Source of the DNA: an uncultured Gemmatimonadales bacterium | GTDB taxonomy: Bacteria; Gemmatimonadota; Gemmatimonadetes; Gemmatimonadales; GWC2-71-9 | Length of the DNA stretch: 64,000 nt | Direction: 5' to 3' | NCBI GenBank assembly: GCA_963715665.1 | Contig: OY970263.1 | Location: 253,514 to 317,513 of the forward strand | Part shown: one piece after another, positions 48,625 to 57,362 of the stretch | Layout: each line of letters opens with the position of its first letter | Position numbering within the stretch: position 1 is the stretch's first letter | Notes under the pieces: generated by a model | What the model saw: the letters and a program-made list of their open reading frames with translations, nothing else | Databases searched by the model: none | What the model was told of the DNA's origin: nothing | Made by a program: the position numbers and the translations under genes

Positions 48625-48945
48625 GGTGCGCCCGTCGCCGCAGCCGGGCCAATCGGCCTGCATTCGGATCACCACCGGCCGGAGTCCGCCGCATTGCGCG
48701 GCAATGGCGAAGCCCGCCAACGAGTTGCTGCGACCGAGTGCTGTACGACACCACCGGATCACTTTGGGTTCTGGAGTGCGTCACACAGCTGGCTCCTGCT
48801 CCGAGCAACATTCATTCGACAGTGCGGAGTCCGGCACTTTGTTCGCGCTGGGCGCAAGGTCCCTCGCCGGTAGCGGCAGCATGATGTGTGTTCTGGCGAC
48901 CGGATCCGACTTCGAGGGGTTCGGTAGCGATCTTCTCCTGGGCGA

Positions 48946-50124
48946 GTGGAAGAGGGATTGACCACGGTGGCGGATCAACGGGCGAGCACGTGCAGCGCGT
49001 GGGCAGAGGCAAGGGCTTGTTGTGACCCGTCGCCCGCATTGGCGTCGGCGAGCCGAAAGGCAACAGCCATTTCGGGTGTCATTCTTGTGCTTGGCCTGAT
49101 TGGTTGTGGGATGAGAGCCTCGGCCAGACTCCGGGACAGCTTGGATCCCACCGGTACTCGGCTGATACGGGATTCTGGTGAGGTCGATCTGGTCGGGGCG
49201 TTGGAGGTCACGGCGCCCATCATCGGAATGCCGCGTCACATGGCCACCAACGGCGCTTTCATGTGGCTGTACGATAGGGTCGGCGAACCCTATTTCCACC
49301 TTATCGATCTGTCTCACCATCGAATCGCGGTGTCATATGGCAGGTCTGGTGAGGGGCCAGGCGACTTCGCCTCAGTTGCCAGTCTGCAGGTCCGCCCCGG
49401 CGACACCTCGGGCGTGTGGGCGTACGATCCTCAGCTCCGGCGGCTGACACAACTTACGCCAAATCGAAACCGGGTTCGTGGCCGTACGATCACGGTCAGT
49501 GGCGGCCGGCGGCCGTACGATCTTCTGTGGCTCGATCGGGACCGGCTGTTGGGAATCAACGATTTGGACACGAACCGATTCCAGGTGTTCGACACATCCG
49601 GCAATCTGCTGAGGACGATGTCCGGGCCGCTGCTGGGATCTGATTCAATGCCATGGCAAGTACGTCGGGGTCTCTCAAGTGCGTTTGTTGCGTGTGTGGA
49701 TCCGGCAGGTGGGCGATTCGCCGTTCTATTTGTGGGGGCGGGGCGCATCGACATTCACGACACGTCGGGCGCGCTTGTCCGACACGCCGACGTGCCGTTT
49801 GTATCTGACGGTGAGTTCCATCGGGACCGGGACGGCCGCTACAGTTTCGGCACGCGATGGCGCTATTACGCCGATTGTGCTGCCACGACGCGATACCTAT
49901 ATGCCCTCTTTGCGGGCTATCGGACCGATGTTCCTGGTGCCTCTCGCGACGTCGCGGCGACACATGTCCAGGTGTTCGACTGGAACGGCGCCCTACGCGG
50001 GGAGTACCATCTTGACAGGCCAATGGGAAACATCGCAGTGGTGGGCGACACGCTGCTATACGCCGCCAGCATGATCACTCCGGGTGTCTATCGGTATCGG
50101 CTTCCAGTGCGCGATGGCCGTTGA
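48946..50124 (+). CDS. six-bladed beta-propeller family lipoprotein, paralogue 3
   Basis: Lipobox (LGLIGCG), GRSGEGPGDF and blade-like repeats (RFQVFDTSGNLL, RIDIHDTSGALV, HVQVFDWNGALR). Confidence 0.7.
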   Translation: MEEGLTTVADQRASTCSAWAEARACCDPSPALASASRKATAISGVILVLGLIGCGMRASARLRDSLDPTGTRLIRDSGEVDLVGALEVTAPIIGMPRHMATNGAFMWLYDRVGEPYFHLIDLSHHRIAVSYGRSGEGPGDFASVASLQVRPGDTSGVWAYDPQLRRLTQLTPNRNRVRGRTITVSGGRRPYDLLWLDRDRLLGINDLDTNRFQVFDTSGNLLRTMSGPLLGSDSMPWQVRRGLSSAFVACVDPAGGRFAVLFVGAGRIDIHDTSGALVRHADVPFVSDGEFHRDRDGRYSFGTRWRYYADCAATTRYLYALFAGYRTDVPGASRDVAATHVQVFDWNGALRGEYHLDRPMGNIAVVGDTLLYAASMITPGVYRYRLPVRDGR

Positions 50125-50184
50125 GCCCACAGGAGCGTATGGTTGCGGGGCTGTCGCATTACCCTCGTACGGAGTGAAAGAGCG

Positions 50185-50886
50185 ATGACGAACCTCAGGC
50201 GAGTTCTCGATTGGACGACGGTGATTCTATGCGTCGCCGCAGGCGCAATCGCGATACGGATCGTCAGCAATGGCATGCCTACGGTGCAGGCCGGCCCAGC
50301 CCAGGCGCTCCCCTCGGCGTACGCGTCTGAGAGCCAGGTTCCGATTGGTGATGACACGATGCTGGCTGGGCGGCTACGGTTGGGTGCCGATGGTGTGCCC
50401 GTCACAATCACCGTGTTCGCAAACTTCTACTGCAGCCATTGCGCGGATCTCGATCCGGTCTTGCGGGATCTCGTGACGCGGTATCCGGATCAGGTGGCGA
50501 TAGTCATAAAGCACTTCGTGCCGATCGCGATTCGTGCGCAATTGACAGCAGACCTCGCGGCCGAGTGTGCCGCCGATCAAGGCAAGTTCCCAGAATTCGA
50601 CCGTGCGTTCTTCGCGTACGGCGCCAAATCGGGCTTGCCAGACGAGTGGCGTCGGATCGGCGTGGACATCGGCATCCACGATCTTGCTCAATACGACCGA
50701 TGCGTGCGGTCGCAACGACATCTCGCGGCGGTGGTGCGAGACACGCGCGAGGCGGCCCGGCTTGGCGTCGATCGGACGCCAATCGAGTTCGTCAACGGGC
50801 GACGCATCGTCGGAGTTCAAGCGGAAGCCGTCTACGACACGGTCATCGCCGCGGCCCTGGATCGGGTCGGGCGGAACGCCACATGA
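50185..50886 (+). CDS. membrane-anchored DsbA-family oxidoreductase, paralogue 3
   Basis: TM helix (VILCVAAGAIAIRIV), FANFYCSHC (CxxC) and a DsbA-like helical insert. ATG 50185 has GGAG upstream. Confidence 0.75.
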   Translation: MTNLRRVLDWTTVILCVAAGAIAIRIVSNGMPTVQAGPAQALPSAYASESQVPIGDDTMLAGRLRLGADGVPVTITVFANFYCSHCADLDPVLRDLVTRYPDQVAIVIKHFVPIAIRAQLTADLAAECAADQGKFPEFDRAFFAYGAKSGLPDEWRRIGVDIGIHDLAQYDRCVRSQRHLAAVVRDTREAARLGVDRTPIEFVNGRRIVGVQAEAVYDTVIAAALDRVGRNAT

Positions 50887-52172
50887 ATCGCAGGCTCTCG
50901 ACGATGGTGGGACGTAGACGTGCCCGGGTGGCCGGGATCCGGACATCGCCGACCCTGGCGATGCGCACCACCTGCATGTCGATGTTTTGTATCGTGATTC
51001 CTACGGCGCTGGTGGCGCAAGACCTAGTCCGGCAAGACAGCGCTGGGGTGGAGATCGTGGTGAACCATGTTGCTGCCGACGGCATGGCGCCGGCGTTTGA
51101 GGTCGCCAAGGCGCCCGCTGCGGTATTCCGTTTGTCAACCGACGTTTCTGACATCCGTGGAGCGTTCCAATTTGCGGGCGGCGGAGTCTTGGTGGCTGAC
51201 GGTGCGTCGGAACGTGTAATCTATTTCGATTCAGCGGGCAAACGGCAATTTGTGGTAGGCAATGGACGATCAGCGGATGGTGCCGGGTCGTTCGATGCCA
51301 TAATGGGAGTGGTTGCGGCTGGCCCCGGAGCGGCTGCGGTATGGGACGCAGCGCGAAACCGTCTGACCGTACTGAATGCGAGAGGAACGGTGCTGGATCG
51401 CGAATATCTTGGTGCGCCGCCGATGGGGGCGACACCGATTGGCCCGATGCGCAGCCGATACCTGATAGTGGGGCAGCTTACGGCCGACCGGTACGTGGCT
51501 GCGGTAGAAGTGCCGTATCGCGACAAGACGACGACGCGAGTCGGATTCGACAGTGTCGCAATCGTGCTGTTGACCAAGCAAGGGCATCGGATCCGAACCG
51601 ATCAACACCTACGGTTCGGAGAATACTTCGAATTCAGGGATTCGGGTAATGTCGCAGCGATCAGCGGACCGGTACCTCTCGCCCATCTCGGCCATGTTGC
51701 AGTCAGTCAGAAGTCATGGTATCTGACACGCGGCACAACATGGGAAATCGAAAAGTGGTCGGCGAACGGAAGGCTTGTCTCGCTGTTCCGAATTACTCGA
51801 CCGATCGAGAGACTGCGGACGGACTTGTGGAGGCAGGTGAGTGCGGACCTACTCGATTCGGTGGCGCCGCCCCGGAGATCGCTGTATGAGCGAGCGCTGG
51901 CATGGATACCCCGGGAACAGACCGTGCCCGCATATGTGGGCTTGCTTGGCGACACCCATGGTCGTATTTGGGCGGAGTTGTGGACGAGGCCGAATCGTCC
52001 GTCGGAGTGGGACGTATTTCAGAGTGATGGCACGTATTTGGGATCTGTGGAAATGCCACCGTCTTGTCAAGTGGTGCAGGTCGGTGATAGCGCAATGTTA
52101 TGCGTCCGCGAGGGTGGCAACGACACGGCCGAACAGGTCAGGTCGTACGCTGTCCATCATGTCAGGAACTAG
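50883..52172 (+). CDS. six-bladed beta-propeller family protein, paralogue 4
   Basis: ATG 50883 overlaps the DsbA stop (ATGA). Signal-like segment (MFCIVIPTALVAQ) and VIYFDSAGKRQFVVGNGRSADGAGSF. Confidence 0.65.
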   Translation: MNRRLSTMVGRRRARVAGIRTSPTLAMRTTCMSMFCIVIPTALVAQDLVRQDSAGVEIVVNHVAADGMAPAFEVAKAPAAVFRLSTDVSDIRGAFQFAGGGVLVADGASERVIYFDSAGKRQFVVGNGRSADGAGSFDAIMGVVAAGPGAAAVWDAARNRLTVLNARGTVLDREYLGAPPMGATPIGPMRSRYLIVGQLTADRYVAAVEVPYRDKTTTRVGFDSVAIVLLTKQGHRIRTDQHLRFGEYFEFRDSGNVAAISGPVPLAHLGHVAVSQKSWYLTRGTTWEIEKWSANGRLVSLFRITRPIERLRTDLWRQVSADLLDSVAPPRRSLYERALAWIPREQTVPAYVGLLGDTHGRIWAELWTRPNRPSEWDVFQSDGTYLGSVEMPPSCQVVQVGDSAMLCVREGGNDTAEQVRSYAVHHVRN

Positions 52173-52362
52173 CGCGTTGGTGTCGGATCACGCTGCCCCT
52201 TCCGGAGCCTCGGTTGGTCAAGTCCTCAAGACTGGAAGTCGATCCTGGCGAGTAGCGCCACCCCTCCAACGCCGCCGGTGCCGCACCAGCCAGCGGTCGC
52301 TACGGCCCCTCGCTTCTCCTCCCGCCAATTGACCCGTACGGTACCGCGGCGTACCGTACCCG

Positions 52363-53430
52363 ATGCGAAAGCAGCTCTTCCGGGGCCTCGTCAGCACCGT
52401 TGCGCCGCTAGTCGTCGGCTGCCACCGCGCCACTCCGACCGACGCTCAGGCGTTTCAGCCATTCGACGCAGCCCGCTGTGATACCGCCGTGGCTTCCGGA
52501 CGGTCCGAAGACGGAATGATCGGGATGGCCGCCCCGGGGCCCCACGGCGTCCTGGCATGGAGCGCCGGCAGGCGCCCCGCGACGATCCACCTCGACGCCG
52601 GCGGACATGACGCCACGGCGGGCCGTAACGGTGAGGGGCCGGGCGAATTCCGTTCGATCGGTGTCGCGTGGTGGGTCGGTGATACGCTCTGGGTGAGCGA
52701 CTATCGGCTGGGCCGGTCCGTTGCCTTTACCGCCGACGGACGGTACGCCGGCACGCTGACGCCACCGATGCCGGGAAGCTGGGTCCGCACCGCGTCCGGA
52801 CGATCGGTGGGCGTCGCGCAGACATCCGTGTCCATCCCCGACGTCCGGATCCTGGCGTTCGGTCCGGATCAACGACTCGATACGCTCGCCGACGTCGCAG
52901 CACCCGACACATTTCGCGCCGGCGATCCGCACAACGCCGGGCCGTTCACGATGCGGCTCGCCCTGGCGGCATGGACGCCGGACGGAGCGCGTTGGTGCGT
53001 CATCGTCCCGGGGCAGGCATCCGACCTGCACCTCCAGTGCCTGGATCCGGCCGGTAATGCGGTACTCGACACCACCGTAACGCTTCCGCCGAGGGCGGTC
53101 ACACAGGAGGAGTACGACACAGTCATGGCCTCGATGGTCAAGGGGCTCGATCCCATCGCCGCGGCGAGGCTGCGGGCCGATACCCCGAGGCCGCCCTTCT
53201 TTGCCGCGGCGTTCGAGGCCCTGATGGACAACCACGATCGCTTCTGGGTTCTCCGGTCCACCCTCGGCGAACGTCCCGAGGTCTGGACCGAGTTGTCACC
53301 GACCGGCGCGGTGGTCCGTACAATGACCCTGCCGGCAGCGATGCACCTGCTCGCCGCGCGCGACGATCTCCTCTATCTCCGGGCGGCGCAGGATGACGGG
53401 TTCCAGACGTTGCTGCGGTGCCAGCTGTGA
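52363..53430 (+). CDS. six-bladed beta-propeller family lipoprotein, paralogue 5
   Basis: Lipobox (PLVVGC) and GRNGEGPGEFRSI. It has the same tail pattern as the other paralogues. Confidence 0.65.
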   Translation: MRKQLFRGLVSTVAPLVVGCHRATPTDAQAFQPFDAARCDTAVASGRSEDGMIGMAAPGPHGVLAWSAGRRPATIHLDAGGHDATAGRNGEGPGEFRSIGVAWWVGDTLWVSDYRLGRSVAFTADGRYAGTLTPPMPGSWVRTASGRSVGVAQTSVSIPDVRILAFGPDQRLDTLADVAAPDTFRAGDPHNAGPFTMRLALAAWTPDGARWCVIVPGQASDLHLQCLDPAGNAVLDTTVTLPPRAVTQEEYDTVMASMVKGLDPIAAARLRADTPRPPFFAAAFEALMDNHDRFWVLRSTLGERPEVWTELSPTGAVVRTMTLPAAMHLLAARDDLLYLRAAQDDGFQTLLRCQL

Positions 53431-53543
53431 ACTCGCCCCTGCCGCCTTGCGCGCGGTGCCGCTCCCGCCGTATCGTCGTGCCGACCGTCGCCTGACCGCC
53501 TGAGAACGCGCCGCAACCCGCGGCACTCCCCCCGGAGCCCGCC

Positions 53544-54887
53544 ATGTCCGAATCGGCTGCCACTCCCTCGACCCCGGGTGCCGCCTCCGCCGCACCCGCC
53601 GGCCCGTTCTTCCTGGTCTGCATCGGCGGCGCCGACCTCGGCAAGCGGCTGGCGCTCACCCCGGGCGCGCTGCTGGTCGGCACCTCCCACGAGTCCAACC
53701 TGCTGAGCGCCGACCCCGGCGTCACTGAGCGCTTCGCCACGCTCCACTGGGATGGCGCCGTGCTGCACGTCAAGGCGCTGGGCAAGTCGCTGCCATTCGT
53801 CGACGGCCATTCCGGTGCCGAGCTGACCGTCACCGGCTCGCAACAGCTGCGTCTCGGCACGTCGGTCTGGCGCGTCGAGGCGCCGCACGCCGCCAACGCC
53901 GGCGGCGTGATGGACTTTGTCAGCCGGATCGGCGATCAGCTGTCGAGCGCCGCGGGCATCGAAACGCCCGGCGAATGGAACGCCCGCGAGATGTTCGCCG
54001 ACGCCACCAAGAAGCACAGCGACGAGGACGTCGAGCGCTACTTCACGGTCGGCACGCCGGAAACCACGCCGAGCCTCCAGCAGATCGACGCGTCGTGGCC
54101 CAGGCCATGGATGTTCCTGCGCGTCTTTGCCCTGTCGCTGGTGCTCTATCTCGGCTTTGTGTACACCTGGGAGAAGTTCGACAACGAGAACCTGATTCCC
54201 GGGCTGATCATGATCGGCGCGGTGGCGGTGCCGCTGTCGCTGCTGGTGTTCTTCTTCGAAGTGAACGTGCCTCGCAACGTCTCGCTCTACCAGGTCATCA
54301 AGCTGCTGCTGGTGGGCGGGCTGCTGTCGATCGCGGTGGCACTGGTGTTCTTCGACGTGACCCACCTCGACAACTGGCTCGGCGCGGCGAGCGCCGGCAT
54401 CATCGAGGAGACCGCCAAGGCGCTGACGCTGCTGCTGGTGGTGCGGAAGCCGCGCTATCGCTGGACGCTCAATGGCCTGCTGCTCGGTGCCACGGTGGGC
54501 ACCGGGTTTGCCGTCTTCGAGTCGGCGGGATATGCGCTGCGGATCGGTCTCGAGAACGGCGGCCCCGCGATGCTGGCCAACATCCAGCAGCGCGGTTTCC
54601 TCAGCATCCTGGGCGGCCACGTGCTGTGGACCGGGCTGGTCGGCGCGGCGCTCTGGCGGGTGCGCGGCGACCGGCCGTTCCGGAAGGAGATGTGGTTCGA
54701 CCCCCGGTTCCTCAGGGTGCTGGTGATCTGCATGCTGATGCACATGCTGTGGAACTTCGACGGGCTCTCGCTCCCGTTCGACGGCAAGTACATCCTGCTC
54801 GGCGCGGCGGCGTGGTTGCTGGTGCTGGGGATGATCCAGGCGGGGCTCAAGGAGGTGCGGGCGGCGCAGGCCGCGGCAACTGCGTGA
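53544..54887 (+). CDS. FHA domain fused to PrsW-family intramembrane protease
   Basis: N-terminal FHA-like region (GKRLALTPGALLVGTSHESNLLSADPGVTERFATL). The C-terminal multi-TM part has EETAK, FAVFESAGY and GGHVLWTG motifs typical of PrsW. Confidence 0.7.
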   Translation: MSESAATPSTPGAASAAPAGPFFLVCIGGADLGKRLALTPGALLVGTSHESNLLSADPGVTERFATLHWDGAVLHVKALGKSLPFVDGHSGAELTVTGSQQLRLGTSVWRVEAPHAANAGGVMDFVSRIGDQLSSAAGIETPGEWNAREMFADATKKHSDEDVERYFTVGTPETTPSLQQIDASWPRPWMFLRVFALSLVLYLGFVYTWEKFDNENLIPGLIMIGAVAVPLSLLVFFFEVNVPRNVSLYQVIKLLLVGGLLSIAVALVFFDVTHLDNWLGAASAGIIEETAKALTLLLVVRKPRYRWTLNGLLLGATVGTGFAVFESAGYALRIGLENGGPAMLANIQQRGFLSILGGHVLWTGLVGAALWRVRGDRPFRKEMWFDPRFLRVLVICMLMHMLWNFDGLSLPFDGKYILLGAAAWLLVLGMIQAGLKEVRAAQAAATA

Positions 54888-54965
54888 GGGCGTGTGGGGG
54901 ATTTCCCGCTGGCGTCGTCGCCCGGATCGGTTCATGATGCATGGAATCCGATCCCGGGAGGAATC

Positions 54966-55226
54966 ATGGCTGAAGTCCGAGACCCCGTCTGCGACATGAT
55001 GGTCGAGCCGGCCGAGGCGGCCGGATCGTCGCAATGGCGGGGAAAGACCTGGTACTTCTGCTCGACGATGTGCAAGGAGTCGTTCGACGCCGATCCGGCC
55101 AAGTTTGCGCCGCGCGACGATCCGCCGTTCACCACGACGGGTCCGCTGACGGCACCGAAGTTCGGTGCGGCGGGGAGTGGCGGCGCGGAAGACGAACCTG
55201 GGCCGTCACCCGGCAAGCACCGGTAG
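54966..55226 (+). CDS. YHS/TRASH-domain protein
   Basis: DPVCDMMVEP...YFCSTMCKESFDADPAKF. Confidence 0.7.
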   Translation: MAEVRDPVCDMMVEPAEAAGSSQWRGKTWYFCSTMCKESFDADPAKFAPRDDPPFTTTGPLTAPKFGAAGSGGAEDEPGPSPGKHR

Positions 55227-55314
55227 CGCTGAGGCAATCCCGCCGCCCCGGCACGCCACGACCGCCGCCGATCCTGCCCGGATCGACGGCGGTCTGCATG
55301 GTGACCGGTGGGGC

Positions 55315-55947
55315 CTACCAGCCGAGCTGCACCCCTCCGAGAATGAGCAGTGCGTGATTGCGGTAGCTGACGTTGTCCGACGTGTTGTTGTAGACGTCGG
55401 TCAGGCCGAGGTCGTACCGGGCGCTGAGCGACAGGGCGTTCACGCTGACCCCGGCGCCGAACATCACGCTGAAGTCGGCGCTCTTGATGTTGTTGTTTGT
55501 CGAGCTGCTGCAATCGCCGCCGATCGACCCCGAACCGGTGCTGAGGTCACTGGAGCACGACAGCTTGAAGGCGATGCTGGGGCCGCCCAGGACGAACAGG
55601 CGTGTGGTGCCCGCCCCGGCTCCCAGCCGCAGCAGCACCGGGACCTCGATGTAGTTCAGCTTGAAGGTGCCGGTGACGCCGCCCACGGTGGACCGGTAGC
55701 CCTTCTCGATGAACACCGCCTCGGGCCCGAGCGACAGGTTGGGCGACAGCTGCCCCTGGACCGAGACGCCAGCGGCAAAGCCGCTGCGCGCGCTGGGGGA
55801 GAAGGTGCCGTTGGTCCCGCTGGTGGTGATGTTGGAGCTGACAAATCCGCCGATGACACCGACCCGCGCCTGCGCGGCAAGCGGTGCGGTGAGGAATGCG
55901 ACGGCGGTGACGGCGGTGGCGGTGCCGGAGATGAGGATGTTTCGCAT
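55315..55947 (-). CDS. outer-membrane beta-barrel protein (porin-family, OMP_b-brl type)
   Basis: ATG 55947, a signal peptide ending AQA, alternating beta-strand pattern and a C-terminal ...GGVQLGW. Confidence 0.65.
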   Translation of the reverse strand: MRNILISGTATAVTAVAFLTAPLAAQARVGVIGGFVSSNITTSGTNGTFSPSARSGFAAGVSVQGQLSPNLSLGPEAVFIEKGYRSTVGGVTGTFKLNYIEVPVLLRLGAGAGTTRLFVLGGPSIAFKLSCSSDLSTGSGSIGGDCSSSTNNNIKSADFSVMFGAGVSVNALSLSARYDLGLTDVYNNTSDNVSYRNHALLILGGVQLGW

Positions 55948-56242
55948 CGATGGGTCCTTGGGGCGAAGGGTGAATCGAGCCGTGCCGGCCGTCGCCTGGC
56001 GGCCGTCTGAGGGGTAGGACGCCCGGCGGGCGATGGGGCCCACGCCGCGGCACCGGGATTGGCGATGATGACAACGCATCCGCAATGCGTCTCGCTCGTG
56101 GCGAAGCGCAGCCTTCGCGGGGCGGGCCCCCGGGGTCGTGCGTCCGGGGACCGTGACTTGACCGTGACGTGGGGCGGGTAGGATGACGCGCGACGGGGCG
56201 GTGCCGGGGCGCCGCCACGGAACGACTCACACGGAGCGTCGC

Positions 56243-56458
56243 ATGGAACAGCAGGGACCGGTGCGGATCGTGCTCACGCCCGAGCAGCGTGAGCTGGTGC
56301 GGCGGATGTCGGGGCAGTCGATCGATGCCATCGACCTCGAGCCGGAGGATCCGAAGAAGGGCGGCGGGCAGATGAAGTTCGTCTGGCGCCTGTCGGAAGC
56401 GTCGGGGATTCCCAGGCAGCGGTGGGTGGAGGACGAGGCGGAGGAGAAGGCGCCGTGA
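56243..56458 (+). CDS. small hypothetical protein
   Basis: GGAG before ATG 56243. 71 aa, acidic, with no recognised motif. Confidence 0.35.
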   Translation: MEQQGPVRIVLTPEQRELVRRMSGQSIDAIDLEPEDPKKGGGQMKFVWRLSEASGIPRQRWVEDEAEEKAP

Positions 56459-56528
56459 CCGGCCGCCGTCGCGCCCGGAATTCGTTATAGTGTCGCTTTA
56501 ATGAATTGACGGGGCCGGGACTGCCGCC

Positions 56529-57362
56529 TCAGAGGTCGCGCTGGTGGAGGTGGCGGAGGGCGATGCCGAGCACCACGGCGAGATAGACGCCGGCATACGC
56601 CACCGCCACGCCGCTCGGAATGGACACGTTCGCGAACGGCGAGAACGACAGCGATCCGGCGAGCGGTGTCTGCATTTCGTACGCCGCCCGGCGCCAGAGC
56701 GACTCGCCCGGCATGATCAGGCTCGAGGCAACGCCAAGGGTCACGATGTGGACGCTCTGCGAGAAGCCGCTGACCTGCTCCAGCCAGCCGCCAAGGAATG
56801 CCACGGCCTGCAGTCCCAGCGCGATGACGCCGGTGGTCAGGGTCGTGAACCAGGTGCCGAGGGCGAACGTCACCGCGAGCGCCACGAGGCATTCGAAGTA
56901 GATCAGCAGGGCGCCGACGACGGCGCGCTGGGGCACCACCCCGGTGATCGCGTGCGAGACGGCAACGGTGCAGAGAAACGTGACCGCAACGTAGGCCGCC
57001 ACCATGGCGGCAAAGCCGAGGTATTTCCCGAGCAGGATCTGCCAGCGGGCGACCGGCTTGGTGGCGATGGCGTGGATGGTGCCCGAGCTGATTTCGCCGG
57101 CGAGGGTGTCGATCGACGTGAGGATGGTCATCACCACCGCCAGCAGGTCGCAGACGTAGAGCCCCACCATCAGCATGCCGCTTTCCACCTGATAGCGCAC
57201 GAACGGCGACATGGCCCGCGACCGGAACTCCGCGACCTGCAGGTGCAGCGCGATGGCGAAGATTGCCAGCAGGATGGCGGCGGCGAGGAGCGCGGTCCAG
57301 AGGACCCGCCGACGCGCCGCTTCGCGCCAGGTCATGCGGGCCATGATCCAGATCGGGGTCAC
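56529..57362 (-). CDS. ABC-2 type transporter permease
   Basis: 277 aa with six hydrophobic segments. Translationally coupled to the upstream ATPase. Confidence 0.7.
   Translation of the reverse strand: MTPIWIMARMTWREAARRRVLWTALLAAAILLAIFAIALHLQVAEFRSRAMSPFVRYQVESGMLMVGLYVCDLLAVVMTILTSIDTLAGEISSGTIHAIATKPVARWQILLGKYLGFAAMVAAYVAVTFLCTVAVSHAITGVVPQRAVVGALLIYFECLVALAVTFALGTWFTTLTTGVIALGLQAVAFLGGWLEQVSGFSQSVHIVTLGVASSLIMPGESLWRRAAYEMQTPLAGSLSFSPFANVSIPSGVAVAYAGVYLAVVLGIALRHLHQRDL

Noticed and set aside
30818-53430. Search for an integrase, recombinase, Tn7-like genes or a tRNA gene at the island borders
   Set aside because: None of the ORFs over 60 aa looked like a tyrosine or serine recombinase or TnsABC, and I saw no tRNA-like sequence. 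This is reported as an absence, not proof, because it was done by eye.
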